The notes under the pieces: generated by a model
The model's input: only the letters and a program-made list of their open reading frames with translations
Databases searched by the model: none
What the model was told of the DNA's origin: nothing
Assembly: GCA_038206475.1 (NCBI GenBank)
Contig: JBBRAU010000005.1
Span: 1-62,527 of the forward strand
Length of the DNA: 62,527 bases
Reading direction: 5' to 3'
Source of the DNA: Patescibacteria group bacterium
GTDB taxonomy: Bacteria; Patescibacteriota; UBA1384; JBBRAU01
Made by a program: the position numbers and the translations under genes
Shown here: positions 10,584 to 20,060 of the stretch, piece after piece
How positions within the stretch are numbered: position 1 is the stretch's first letter
Layout: each line of letters begins with the position of its first letter

Positions 10584-11069
10584 ATGAGTAGCATAGCTAT
10601 GCGTAAAACGTGGCAAGAGAAGATGGGGGATAAGGACGCCAAACCGAAGGTCGTTCACTTAAACGCCGAGGGCCAGCGCCATTGGCACGCCAAAACCATG
10701 CTCGTGCCGACGCCGCACTTAGTTGACGACTACATGCGCCAGGTGCCTAAGGGCAAACTGATCGAGGTTAATGATATCCGCGACTGCCTGGCCGATCGCT
10801 TTCAGACCGATATCGGCTGCCCGATGACTACCGGCATCTTCACCTGGATTGCCGCCAATGCCGCGGCTAACACCGCTATGGCTGGTCAAAAAAGCACGAC
10901 GCCTTATTGGCGGACGCTCAAGAAAGGCGGAGAGTTAAATGCCAAGTATCCTGGTGGCCTAACGGGGCATAAGCGCCACTTGGAAGCCTAAGGTCACACG
11001 ATCATCGAAAAAGGCGACCACCTGTTAGCCGCCGACTTTGCCGAGATGCACCACAAGCTGACGAAGTAA
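10584..11069 (+). pseudogene. MGMT/alkyltransferase-like DNA-binding protein with an in-frame TAA at 10989-10991
   Basis: VPKGKLI...CPMTTGIF...PYWRTLK...LNAKYPGG motifs. The frame continues after the stop as GHTIIEKG... to TAA at 11067-11069 (LEAEGH expected). Confidence 0.7.
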
Positions 11070-12018
11070 TATTGTACGACGTTACAGTTGGTTTTGTCGG
11101 AGGGAGAACCAGCCACGTGCTCTGTAGCCGACACTAAGCTTACTGAGGGCAGGGGAGTAGGCGACCAAAAACAGGGAGGACGGGTACCAAACGATAGGTG
11201 AGTGCTGCAGAGTTGGGAGCTGGTCAAGGCTAGAAAGTCGTTTCAGCTAGGTATGAAATACGTGCAGAAACACTCAACGCCGTTCTGAGCACTCCATTAT
11301 TGTACGACGTTAATAATCCGATAAACCATAAGTGTGAAGACAGGCGTTTTGATTATCTGCTGTGCTCGAGAGAAGTGGCAGGTAGGGTAGTTGGAACGGA
11401 AAAAATTCCGCTATCTTGTCCACGCCCATTTTTAACCGTAAACATGATGATAGTAACCGAAACTGCTGTGTAATGTAGCCCGAACAAACCAATAGTTGCC
11501 TGAATGATAAGGACATCTGCCGAGCTAGTCCACATTCTATGCGTGGCTAGGTGCAAATAGAGCGTGGTCTCCCCCGCCGCCCGAATGGGCCGAGAGAGGG
11601 GTCGGAGAAGTGGTTAGCTGACGCCTGGAGCAATCCAGGTGGAGTAACAGACGATGTAGCAGTCGTCTTGAGAGAGATAGCGGGCCGTGAGGGCCGGCTG
11701 AGGTCTTTATGTACAGCACGCTGTCCTGCGTAATTTAATCGAAGCCGACTGTTCATACCTTTCAAATCAGTTTCATAACGTCGTGCAAGGTACAATGTAA
11801 GACGTTAGACTTGGTCCCGATGGCGGCAGCAATGATAGCCGAATTATTATGGTCAGCCGGTTTGTGTAAGATTCAGTGAAAGACTATTTGTGAACACTTC
11901 CTTCGATGTGTGTTCCCTAGCGCTTTAGGTCGTCTGTCTGTATGTATGCATTCTCCCTCTTGCCGAGGTGTTTCTTCTGGGCTGGCTCAATATTGAATGT
12001 GCTAATACGTCGGACAAT
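11070..12018. repeat. Four copies of a TAACGTCGTACAAT-like motif (Xer/dif-like half-site candidate)
   Basis: Exact 15-mer TATTGTACGACGTTA at 11070 and 11298; inverted near-copies TAACGTCGTGCAA at 11776 and ACGTCGGACAAT at 12007. Confidence 0.7.
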
Positions 12019-12091
12019 GTAAAGTTAACGCAGGAAAAAGATGCGGTGGACAACTCTGCGCTACACGGTCGCGCGGCTTTTGACCAAATGC

Positions 12092-12322
12092 TCAAAGCCT
12101 CTTCTGCACGCGATGCTTAGAGATTCGGCTGGTACTTCGCCCTGGCAGAAGTGTGGTTGTGCCAGGGTCGCATAAAGCTCCTGCGGTCAAAGCGGCGCTG
12201 GAGGGGCCGGTTAACGAGAATTGTCCAGCTTCCATTCTGTGAACTCTCCCCCACTCCATACTGTGTCTTGATCGCGATAGCGCGGCATTGCTCGGTCCCG
12301 AGCCGATGGCACAAAATCGCAT
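12092..12322 (-). CDS. Small hypothetical protein
   Basis: SD GGGGAG 6 nt before ATG; no recognisable domain. Confidence 0.3.
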   Translation of the reverse strand: MRFCAIGSGPSNAALSRSRHSMEWGRVHRMEAGQFSLTGPSSAALTAGALCDPGTTTLLPGRSTSRISKHRVQKRL

Positions 12323-12394
12323 TTCACACTCCCCCGCTCTGGCTCCGACCAGGCGGATTTTTTAATATCTCAAGACTTGGTGCGCCTAAGCCGA

Positions 12395-13756
12395 CTAAAA
12401 CAAGTTAATTGCCTCCGCTTCGGACGGCGGCAGAGTAATCTCACGCTCGGCCCAGTGCCGGAAGAAATGGTCAATGCGCGGGTCAGTTTGAATGTCGCGC
12501 ATGTGCACCGGGCTGACTAAGCGAATGCCCGCCAGCGTACGGCAGCGGCTTAAGGCGACGTAGGTTTGGCCGTGGGCGAAGGCGCCACGGCCGAGGTCAA
12601 TTGTGACGCGGTCAAAGGTTTTACCTTGGCTTTTGTGGATGGTTACTGCCCAGGCCAGCTTGAGCGGAAACTGCGTAAACGAACCGACCGGCTCAGCTGA
12701 GATAATGCCTCCGTCAAGGCGCAACTGTGTCATCTCCCAAGTGAACGGCTCGACCTCGACGGTGCGGCCTTCGTCCAGCCGGACAACCAGCTTCGTGATG
12801 CCATCTTTGCTCTCTTCGATTCGCCTAATTTGGCCGATTGAGCCGTTTACCCAGCGGCCCTGGTTGTCATTGTTGAGCATCATAATTTGAGAGCGCGGCT
12901 TAAGCTCCAGCAGCTCGCCGGTCGGCAAATTGCCCTGCCCAAAATTGCCAGACAGTACCCCCGCCACCTGAACCACTCGGCCGGGCAAAGCGGCCAACTT
13001 GGCGGCGTTTAACTCCTCAGACTTTGCATTTGTCGTCGTCAGCGTAATTGCGTAGCAAAAATCTTCGCTTATGACAAACTCAGTCTCCCCCGCTCCGCGG
13101 CTGACTTGGCCATTCAACACCGCTAGCTGATCAGCGTGCAGTTGGTTCTGGCGGATGCCGTTTAAGAGTTCGATAAAGTCGGCGTCCTGTTGCCGGTAGA
13201 CGGTTTTGAGTTCAACGAGCTCCAGGGGCAGATCTTCCATTACTTTGGCTTGGAAGAAGTACGGGCCATCGTAATGGCCGGTAAAAATGTGCCGCTCCTC
13301 CGGTCGCACCACCGGCGGCAGCTGGTAGAGGTCGCCGATAAACAGCACTTGTAGGCCGCCAAACGGGCGGTTTTTGCGCTTGCCGTTCAGACGCAGAAAA
13401 CGGTCAACGCAGTCGAGTAAATCGGCCCGCACCATCGAAATCTCATCAATAATAACCAAGTCCAGCTGTTTGTAGAGGTTTTGGCTGTCGTCAAGCCGCA
13501 GGTCGCGCAGGTCACTGATGGTCACATGCGGCTTAAAGCGGCAGAAGGAGTGGACGGTTTGGCCCTGCACATTGAGGGCGGCCACGCCGGTCGGCGCCAA
13601 CACAGCCACCTTTTTGTCGGTTTGCTCACGCAGGTGGCGTAAAAAGGTTGATTTGCCGGTGCCAGCCCGGCCGGTCAGAAATACGTTTTGGCCAGTTTCA
13701 ATCAAGGCTAAGGCCTCGCGAAACTCAGGGTTGATATCAATTGGGTCGTCAGTCAC
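12395..13756 (-). CDS. PIF1/RecD-like SF1B helicase
   Basis: GRAGTGKS, IIDEISMV, GDLYQLPPV, QFPLKLAWAVTIHKSQG, YVALSR motifs; GTG start 6 nt after a TATACT box. Confidence 0.9.
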   Translation of the reverse strand: MTDDPIDINPEFREALALIETGQNVFLTGRAGTGKSTFLRHLREQTDKKVAVLAPTGVAALNVQGQTVHSFCRFKPHVTISDLRDLRLDDSQNLYKQLDLVIIDEISMVRADLLDCVDRFLRLNGKRKNRPFGGLQVLFIGDLYQLPPVVRPEERHIFTGHYDGPYFFQAKVMEDLPLELVELKTVYRQQDADFIELLNGIRQNQLHADQLAVLNGQVSRGAGETEFVISEDFCYAITLTTTNAKSEELNAAKLAALPGRVVQVAGVLSGNFGQGNLPTGELLELKPRSQIMMLNNDNQGRWVNGSIGQIRRIEESKDGITKLVVRLDEGRTVEVEPFTWEMTQLRLDGGIISAEPVGSFTQFPLKLAWAVTIHKSQGKTFDRVTIDLGRGAFAHGQTYVALSRCRTLAGIRLVSPVHMRDIQTDPRIDHFFRHWAEREITLPPSEAEAINLF

Positions 13757-13851
13757 TGCTGCAGTATACCAGCTCCAAAAAGTGTCGCCGCGCTTGACAG
13801 AATACCTAAAAAAGCGAACGCTAAAGAAAAATGGCCTCAAGAAAGGAAGTT

Positions 13852-14982
13852 ATGTCGCGACACGTCAAATGGCTACTAGCCGCTGCCGCCGCAGCCACGT
13901 TGGCGGTACCCCTGGTTGCTCACGCCGCGGAGTTTAAAACCTTCACCGACAAGCGTACCATCACCATCTCCGAGCGGATGAAGAATCTGTTTGTGGCGGG
14001 TAATGGCGTACGCATCGAGGCGCCGATTGCCGGAGACCTGTTCGCAGCTGGCTCAAATGTTAGTGTGGCAAGCGCGGTTGAGCACGACGCTTTTGTGGCT
14101 GGCCAAAACGTAACTATCGACAGCACGGTTGGCGCTAACTTGTTTGCCGCCGGTCAGACACTCATCGTCCGCCAAGCGGTTGGCAGCGATGCCTTTTTAG
14201 CTGGCAGCGACGTCACGCTGGATAATGCCGCCACGGTGTCGGGCGACCTCCAAATTGCCGGCATGAACCTGTCAATCAACGCCCCAGTTGGTGGTTGGCT
14301 GCGCGCCACTGGCCAAACCATAACCCTCGACAGCACGGTTGGTGGCGACGCCATTATTGACGGCACACCGGTGCTTGGCGACAGCGCCAGCATCAATGGC
14401 AATTTAACCTATTACGCTGACCGCGACGCCACGATCGACCAGAGCAAGGTTAAAGGCACAATCACGCGCAAACCGGTCAGTCAATCCCCTTCAGCCAACA
14501 AGCGCGAGCACGTCGCCCGACCGCTGGCGATCATTGTCGGCATGCTGGCCACGCTGTTGTTTGGCTGGGCGCTCTATAGCTTCTATCCCAAGCAAGCCGA
14601 GAGCACTACGGACACTGCTGAGAAAAAGATCGGCGTTTCTATGCTGACCGGCCTGGTCAGCCTGATAGTGCTGCCGATTGTGGCAGTGCTACTGTTCGTC
14701 TCGCTCTACGGCGCCCCGTTTGGCTTCCTGCTCCTGGTGCTATATGTTGCCGCGATGGTTTTGGCCGCCTTTCTCTCCCCCTGGTTGCTTGGCCGCCTTC
14801 TCAAGCGCTGGCTGATGAAAGATGCCGAAGTTAACCGCGTGGCAATCTACGTGGCTGGTATTATTGTACTATGGGCCATTACCTGGGTGCCGGTGGTTGG
14901 TTGGCTTACCCGTGGCCTGATTTGGCTCTGGGCCTTCGGCGCTATCCTCTATGCCGCCAGGCCGATGAAATCTGCCGTCTAG
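13852..14982 (+). CDS. Exported beta-helix (polymer-forming cytoskeletal/bactofilin-like) repeat protein with C-terminal TM helices
   Basis: Signal peptide, repeated D(L/A)FxAGxxVxI units, then a multi-TM C-terminus. Confidence 0.75.
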   Translation: MSRHVKWLLAAAAAATLAVPLVAHAAEFKTFTDKRTITISERMKNLFVAGNGVRIEAPIAGDLFAAGSNVSVASAVEHDAFVAGQNVTIDSTVGANLFAAGQTLIVRQAVGSDAFLAGSDVTLDNAATVSGDLQIAGMNLSINAPVGGWLRATGQTITLDSTVGGDAIIDGTPVLGDSASINGNLTYYADRDATIDQSKVKGTITRKPVSQSPSANKREHVARPLAIIVGMLATLLFGWALYSFYPKQAESTTDTAEKKIGVSMLTGLVSLIVLPIVAVLLFVSLYGAPFGFLLLVLYVAAMVLAAFLSPWLLGRLLKRWLMKDAEVNRVAIYVAGIIVLWAITWVPVVGWLTRGLIWLWAFGAILYAARPMKSAV

Positions 14983-14999
14983 TCCCCTACTTGACATAC

Positions 15000-15037
15000 A
15001 AACGGGCGGAAGGTGTAAAACCCTTCCGCCTTTGTTG
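15000..15037. terminator. Intrinsic terminator between convergent genes
   Basis: GGCGGAAGG/CCTTCCGCC stem followed by TTTGTT. Confidence 0.65.
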
Positions 15038-15121
15038 GTGTGCCGTGACTACTTGCTTGACGCTGTCGGTGCAGACGCGGCCTGTCTGTCATCCGGCCAT
15101 CTGGCCGTGGATGACGTCGCG

Positions 15122-15337
15122 TTATGGCGCTGGTTGCACCGAGGACGCTTCAGCAACCGCTATCATGACGGCGATGAAGTTACGCATGGATACGCGGCTG
15201 GGCATGTGGATGTCTGCACCGGTGTCGAGCATTAGCCCGACATTCACTTCAGACGGATTCAGCTCGTCCAGCCATACTCCGAGCATGCAGTGTCGGTAGG
15301 TTCTGTTGATGACTTGTTGAACAGCGGATACGCCCAT
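15122..15337 (-). CDS. Small orphan protein
   Basis: SD GAGGTG before ATG; 71 aa. Confidence 0.45.
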   Translation of the reverse strand: MGVSAVQQVINRTYRHCMLGVWLDELNPSEVNVGLMLDTGADIHMPSRVSMRNFIAVMIAVAEASSVQPAP

Positions 15338-15465
15338 ACTTCACCTCGGCGTGGCACCCGGGAGAGGAACAAACGCTTGACCCTTTAAACCTCACAAAGT
15401 TCGTTCATCAAAGATAGCTAGCTCACCGCTTGCCTGATGAGGTCTTTGTCGGTAGCCTCTAGAGT

Positions 15466-16281
15466 ATGTCTGACTACTACAATCCGCATCGGACCAAGAA
15501 TCTTTATCAGCCGGGGGCGGCGGAGCCGTTTCGGCTCAGCCGATCAAAAATTGACCTGTTTTTGAACTGCCCGCGCTGTTTCTATTTAGACCGCCGGCTT
15601 GGCGTTGGTCAACCGCCTGGGTTTCCATTTAGCCTTAACTCGGCCGTGGATGGCCTACTCAAGAAGGAGTTTGATATCCACCGCGCCGCCGGCAGCAAGC
15701 ATCCGCTGTGTGAGGCGTACGGGCTAGACGCCGTTCCCTACGCACATGCCAATCTGGACGCCTGGCGCGACAGTTTGCGTCGCGGCATCACCCATCTGCA
15801 CGCAGCAACCAACTTTTTTGTCACGGGTGGAGTTGATGATGTCTGGGTCAATCCAGCCGGTGAGTTGATTATTGTTGACTACAAAGCAACCTCCAAGCCC
15901 GGCGAAGTGTCGCTTGATGCCGACTGGCAAATTGGCTACAAGCGCCAAATGGAGGTCTACCAGTGGCTATTCCGGCAGAACGGCTTTACCGTCTCCTCGA
16001 CCGGTTACTTTGTCTATTGCAATGGCGACCAAGACAAAACCACCTTCGACGGCAAGCTCGAATTTAAAGTAAAGCTGCTGCCATACACGGGCGATGACAG
16101 CTGGGTTGAGCCAGCACTCATGGACGCCAAGGTCTGCTTGGACGGCGAGCTGCCAGATGGCAGTGCCAGTTGCGACTACTGCGCCTACACGCAGGCCGTG
16201 GCAGAGATGACTTCGGGCAAATCGGCTTTCCTCTCCCCTGCTCCGCTAGTTGAAACAGCGACTGAGCTGAAATTGTTTTAA
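15466..16281 (+). CDS. PD-(D/E)XK nuclease, stand-alone Cas4/AddB-like with a Cys cluster
   Basis: LSRSKIDLFLNCPRCFY, GGVDDVW, IVDYKATS, QMEVY, CDYC motifs. Confidence 0.85.
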   Translation: MSDYYNPHRTKNLYQPGAAEPFRLSRSKIDLFLNCPRCFYLDRRLGVGQPPGFPFSLNSAVDGLLKKEFDIHRAAGSKHPLCEAYGLDAVPYAHANLDAWRDSLRRGITHLHAATNFFVTGGVDDVWVNPAGELIIVDYKATSKPGEVSLDADWQIGYKRQMEVYQWLFRQNGFTVSSTGYFVYCNGDQDKTTFDGKLEFKVKLLPYTGDDSWVEPALMDAKVCLDGELPDGSASCDYCAYTQAVAEMTSGKSAFLSPAPLVETATELKLF

Positions 16282-16330
16282 CCGCTATATTGCCGAGTCG
16301 CCTTCTACTGGCTCGTTGTGACATGTTTTT

Positions 16331-16356
16331 AAAGAGAGGCCTCAGCCTCTCTTTTT
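16331..16356. terminator. Bidirectional terminator
   Basis: AAAGAGAGGC-CTCA-GCCTCTCTTTTT. Confidence 0.7.
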
Positions 16357-16396
16357 GTAAATCGTTAGTGGACTATTTGACCGCTACGCAGGGCGT

Positions 16397-18214
16397 TTAC
16401 GGGCGGAGTTTGCGCCAGGCGCCGGCAATGGCGCCGAGAATAGCGGTGATAATGGCGCCCAGCCCAGCACTGGCTGTGTGGCTAGGGGCGGCTGCGGTTG
16501 AACTCTGGACACCGTCTGACTGAACGCTCAGGTTGAAGTCATTGGTTTGGCTGTTGGATTGTACTACTGAGCTTTGGCTAGCGGTGGTGGCGACTGCTTG
16601 GACGGCAGCAGTTGAAACGGTGTGTGTGGCGCCGGCTAAGCGGATCATCGGGTGGTTGGCTGCGACATTCATGATTAGGCCATGACTGGCGAGAGTGGCC
16701 GCATGCGGTTGGCTAGCCAGCGTTGCGGCAGCCTGGGCGGCGGCTATTGCCGCAGGGTTGGTCGCGGGGACCGGCATCGCATGTTTGTGCCAGCTGCCGA
16801 AGATGTTGATGACACCGATCATTACTTTGCCGGTCTGGGTGCTGCTGGTGTTTAAGAAGTTCATGAAGTTGGCTAGCACCGAGATGTCGCCAGTCGTTAG
16901 ATTGCCGGCTTCGGTATTGCCGGTGATGCGGTTGTGGCCAGTGTTGGCGTTAACCGTCACCTGGTTGTTGACGTTGGCCGTGTTGGCAATATTGGCGTTC
17001 AGGTTGCTGCTCTGGCTGCTGTAATTTTGGTTATCCGAGTTTGGACCAGTGGCAGCGTTCTTCAAGACATTCACCACATACTGGCCTGGTGAAACGCCGT
17101 CGAGGCCGGCTTGGCCGTCCCAATCGCCAAACACGTTGACAATATAGAAGATGGGATTATCGCCGTTGGCCAGTGTCAAATCCTGAGCGTTTGCCTGAGC
17201 GCTGCCGGTGATGACACTGCCGGCCTTGGTGTTGTTATCCACTTTGTTGCCACCGGTGTTGCCATTAACAGCTAATGCATTGTTGGTGTTGGCCTGGTCG
17301 TTAACCTGAATATTGGCGGCGCGGTTTTGGTTGGTATTGTTGACGTTTAAAGAACCTGGCCCTGTCTGTTGGTTGCCAGCCACAGCAATGTCGCCGACCG
17401 CATCGCCTTGCACGGCGTAGGTGTCAATTTGGACGTCAGTATTTGGCATTACCACATTGGCCAGGTTAATGACATTGACCCCGAGCAAAATGTCGCCGGT
17501 GGTCATGTCGCCGGCTGAGGAGTTACCGCTGATTAAATTCTGGCCAGAGTCGGCGTTTAAGGTGATGCCGGTATTTAAGTTAGCGTTGTTGCGCTGAATA
17601 ATGTCGGCGCCGTTTGAGGAGCTTGAGATATTGGTGTTGGCCGAGTTTGGGCCGGTGGTGCTGTTTTGGCCGTCGTTCAATAAGGTGCGGCTGTCTGACG
17701 GTGCCAGCACAATACCGCTGCCGCCAGCCACACTTTGACGGCCGACGCTTGAGCCTGCGCCCAACTGGGCATTGGCAATATTGATAACATTAACTGAGGC
17801 GTCAATTTGGCCGCTTTTTAAATCGCCGGCACGCGTGTTGCCGCTCTCCCGGTTGTCGCCGCTTGAGAGGGTGCCAGTGACTTGGTTGTTGACGGTAGCG
17901 TTATTCGTGGTTTGAGCATTCAGCTGACTGCTCTGGCTACTGGAATTACTGTTGCTGGAATTCGGGCCGGTGTTTGTATTGTTGGCAACAGTGGTCATGT
18001 CGGGGCCGGGGCTGGAAACAGGACCGGGGCTGCTGGTCGGACCAGGCGAGCTAGTTGGGCCAATCGGTCCAATTGGTCCAATCGTTGAAGTTGGCCCCGG
18101 GCTGCTGGTTGGTCCAACGGGTTCGGTTGGCCCATACGCCTGTACAAAACCGACGCTCAGTAAGATAAGAGCAATCATGGTGCCTGCGGTGAAGAAGTTT
18201 CGGAGCTGTTTCAT
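16397..18214 (-). CDS. Secreted Asn/Gly/Thr-rich repeat protein with a C-terminal membrane anchor
   Basis: Signal peptide; GPTSSP/GPI repeats; four NxxTGPxSxNxN...(S/T)GxN...N(T/S)xAG repeats; C-terminal hydrophobic helix then WRKLRP; SD AAGGA before ATG 18214. Confidence 0.8.
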   Translation of the reverse strand: MKQLRNFFTAGTMIALILLSVGFVQAYGPTEPVGPTSSPGPTSTIGPIGPIGPTSSPGPTSSPGPVSSPGPDMTTVANNTNTGPNSSNSNSSSQSSQLNAQTTNNATVNNQVTGTLSSGDNRESGNTRAGDLKSGQIDASVNVINIANAQLGAGSSVGRQSVAGGSGIVLAPSDSRTLLNDGQNSTTGPNSANTNISSSSNGADIIQRNNANLNTGITLNADSGQNLISGNSSAGDMTTGDILLGVNVINLANVVMPNTDVQIDTYAVQGDAVGDIAVAGNQQTGPGSLNVNNTNQNRAANIQVNDQANTNNALAVNGNTGGNKVDNNTKAGSVITGSAQANAQDLTLANGDNPIFYIVNVFGDWDGQAGLDGVSPGQYVVNVLKNAATGPNSDNQNYSSQSSNLNANIANTANVNNQVTVNANTGHNRITGNTEAGNLTTGDISVLANFMNFLNTSSTQTGKVMIGVINIFGSWHKHAMPVPATNPAAIAAAQAAATLASQPHAATLASHGLIMNVAANHPMIRLAGATHTVSTAAVQAVATTASQSSVVQSNSQTNDFNLSVQSDGVQSSTAAAPSHTASAGLGAIITAILGAIAGAWRKLRP

Positions 18215-18251
18215 GTCATCCTTTCGTCCCATGTTTGTTTGTGCTGAAACG

Positions 18252-18277
18252 GATCGGCCGGAGTAATCCGGCCGATC
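18252..18277. promoter_or_regulatory. Perfect intergenic hairpin inside the operon
   Basis: GATCGGCCGGA-GTAA-TCCGGCCGATC, with no long U tract. Confidence 0.6.
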
Positions 18278-18292
18278 TCGCCTAAGCGCAAA

Positions 18293-19441
18293 TTAGTTTG
18301 CGTTAGTCGTGGCGCTGAAGTCCAGCACAATGTTGCCGCTGGAAACGCCACCGGTGGTGGTGTTGCCATTGGATTGGTTGTTGCCAGAGGTCAGATTCGC
18401 CTGGAGATTGTTGTTCGTCGTGACGTTGTCAGTCGCGTTGATAGTCGTGCTGTTGCTCACGCTCGAGACATTTTGGTTGCTCGAGTTTGGACCAGTGGTC
18501 GCATTGCCGAAGCTGGTGGAGTTGTTGCCTGAGCCAGCCAAGGTGCCGCCAGAGATGACTGGGGAGCTGTTAGCAGTCGTGGTCGCGTTAACTACAGCAG
18601 CCACTGTACCGGTGGCGACGCCGCCAGAGGTGGTGTTGCCGTTAGACTGATTGCCGCCAGAGTTGGCCGTAATACCAAACGTGTTGTTGGTGTTGGCGGT
18701 CCGGTTAAGGGTGGCGCTTAAGGTGTTGCTGATGCTGGTCGAGTTGACATTAGAGGAGCTTGGACCAGTGACGCTGTTCATACCGGTGGCCATGCTGCTA
18801 CCGCCGGACATGCCGCCGGTGCCGGTCAGAGCGACTGGCGAGCTGGTGTTGCCACCATTAAGGCTACTCACACCAAACAGGATGTTTCCGCCGGAAACAA
18901 CGCCGATTGAGGTGTTGCCGTTGCCCTGGTTGTTACCAGAGTTCAGGTTGGCCTGGACGTTGTTATTGTTAGTGGTCGTGTCGTTAACTCTCAGGGTGGT
19001 TGAGCGGGAAATACCCGAGACGTTTTGGTTGCTGGAGTTTGGACCGGTCCACGCGTTGCCAAACATGCTGGTGTCGGTGCCGAGGCCGGTGTCCAAGGTA
19101 AACTGCGGGGCGGAGCTGTTGTTGAGCATGCCACCAACAGTACCGGACAGAACGATTGAACCGCCGCCAATGCCACCGGAGATGGTGTTGCCATTACTGA
19201 TATTGTTGCCTGAGTTGGCAACCAGGCCAATGGTGCAGTTATTAACTGCATCACGAACGACGGTGAGCCAGTCGCTGCTATTCAGCGACTGGCTGTTTAA
19301 GTTGTACGAGCTTGGGCCAGTGCCGGTGTTGGTACCAGTCGCGGTTGCACTTGCATAGGTGGTGGAAGCACCCAGGAAGAGCGTGGCGACGGCCATCAGC
19401 ACAGCGGCGCGATTACTCGCCAGCTGTCGAAGAGTATTCAT
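18293..19441 (-). CDS. Secreted Asn/Ser/Thr/Gly-rich four-repeat protein
   Basis: Signal peptide; four ~90 aa repeats NxxTGPxSxNxN...(N/T)SGxNxxNGNT...G; very few charged residues; SD AAGGAG. Confidence 0.85.
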   Translation of the reverse strand: MNTLRQLASNRAAVLMAVATLFLGASTTYASATATGTNTGTGPSSYNLNSQSLNSSDWLTVVRDAVNNCTIGLVANSGNNISNGNTISGGIGGGSIVLSGTVGGMLNNSSAPQFTLDTGLGTDTSMFGNAWTGPNSSNQNVSGISRSTTLRVNDTTTNNNNVQANLNSGNNQGNGNTSIGVVSGGNILFGVSSLNGGNTSSPVALTGTGGMSGGSSMATGMNSVTGPSSSNVNSTSISNTLSATLNRTANTNNTFGITANSGGNQSNGNTTSGGVATGTVAAVVNATTTANSSPVISGGTLAGSGNNSTSFGNATTGPNSSNQNVSSVSNSTTINATDNVTTNNNLQANLTSGNNQSNGNTTTGGVSSGNIVLDFSATTNAN

Positions 19442-19494
19442 TACTCTGTCTCCTTTGTTGTACCTACTATAGAGCAGGTATATCTTAATGAATC

Positions 19495-19868
19495 GTGCCT
19501 GATTGACTGCTCACGTCAGGCGGCGTGCATAGAACGCTGTATCCTCTGCTAATGCCAGCAGCAGATACAGCCAGGGGAGGACGCCTCGATCGCATATGCG
19601 GCGAAAGAGAACGATTGGTACGCTGGGCCTAGGTTCCCGTAGTACCTTGGTCTGTCCAATCGCCTCATATGGCGGCAATCGGTGACCGGTGATGCGGGCA
19701 TCCCACGAAAGCTCCGCTTTGGTGGGTCCCGATGACTAGTCCGGTTACCCACCAAGCCAGAGCTCGGATGGGTACCTGCATCATGTTTTGAAACATCGGT
19801 TAAGGAGTTGTCCCGCCTCAAGCTTTTTAAGGCTTGAAATAGGGTCATCGCCTGTCGCGATATTTCTT
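19495..19868 (+). ncRNA. Candidate ~370 nt structured RNA
   Basis: Several nested long stems whose G-U pairs favour the + strand; no credible ORF. Confidence 0.4.
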
Positions 19869-20060
19869 GATCATTTTCTCTACCTGGTTTGTCCTGTCAA
19901 GCCTACCGGAATTGCCAAGAATATGGCTTTCATACTTTTTCATACTTCGTAATCATCACGTCAAGGCCGATTTTGTGCCTAATTATGGCATGCATCCGAT
20001 TGGTTGCGAAAAGTCGGCCCGACATTTCGGTTGTCGGCTTGGCCTGCTAAACTGGCAGTA

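Noticed and set aside
11070-12018. CRISPR array or canonical integron
   Set aside because: The repeats are only 12-15 bp, in mixed orientation and 230-480 bp apart; there is no full attC palindrome, intI or cas gene.
17995-18135. Short nucleotide tandem repeats as a non-coding array
   Set aside because: Explained by GPTSSP/GPI peptide repeats within the CDS.
19575-19590. RNase P RNA (GGGGAGGA, and size ~370 nt)
   Set aside because: Lacks GAGGAAAGUCC and the 3' ACAnAAnnCGGCUUA motif.
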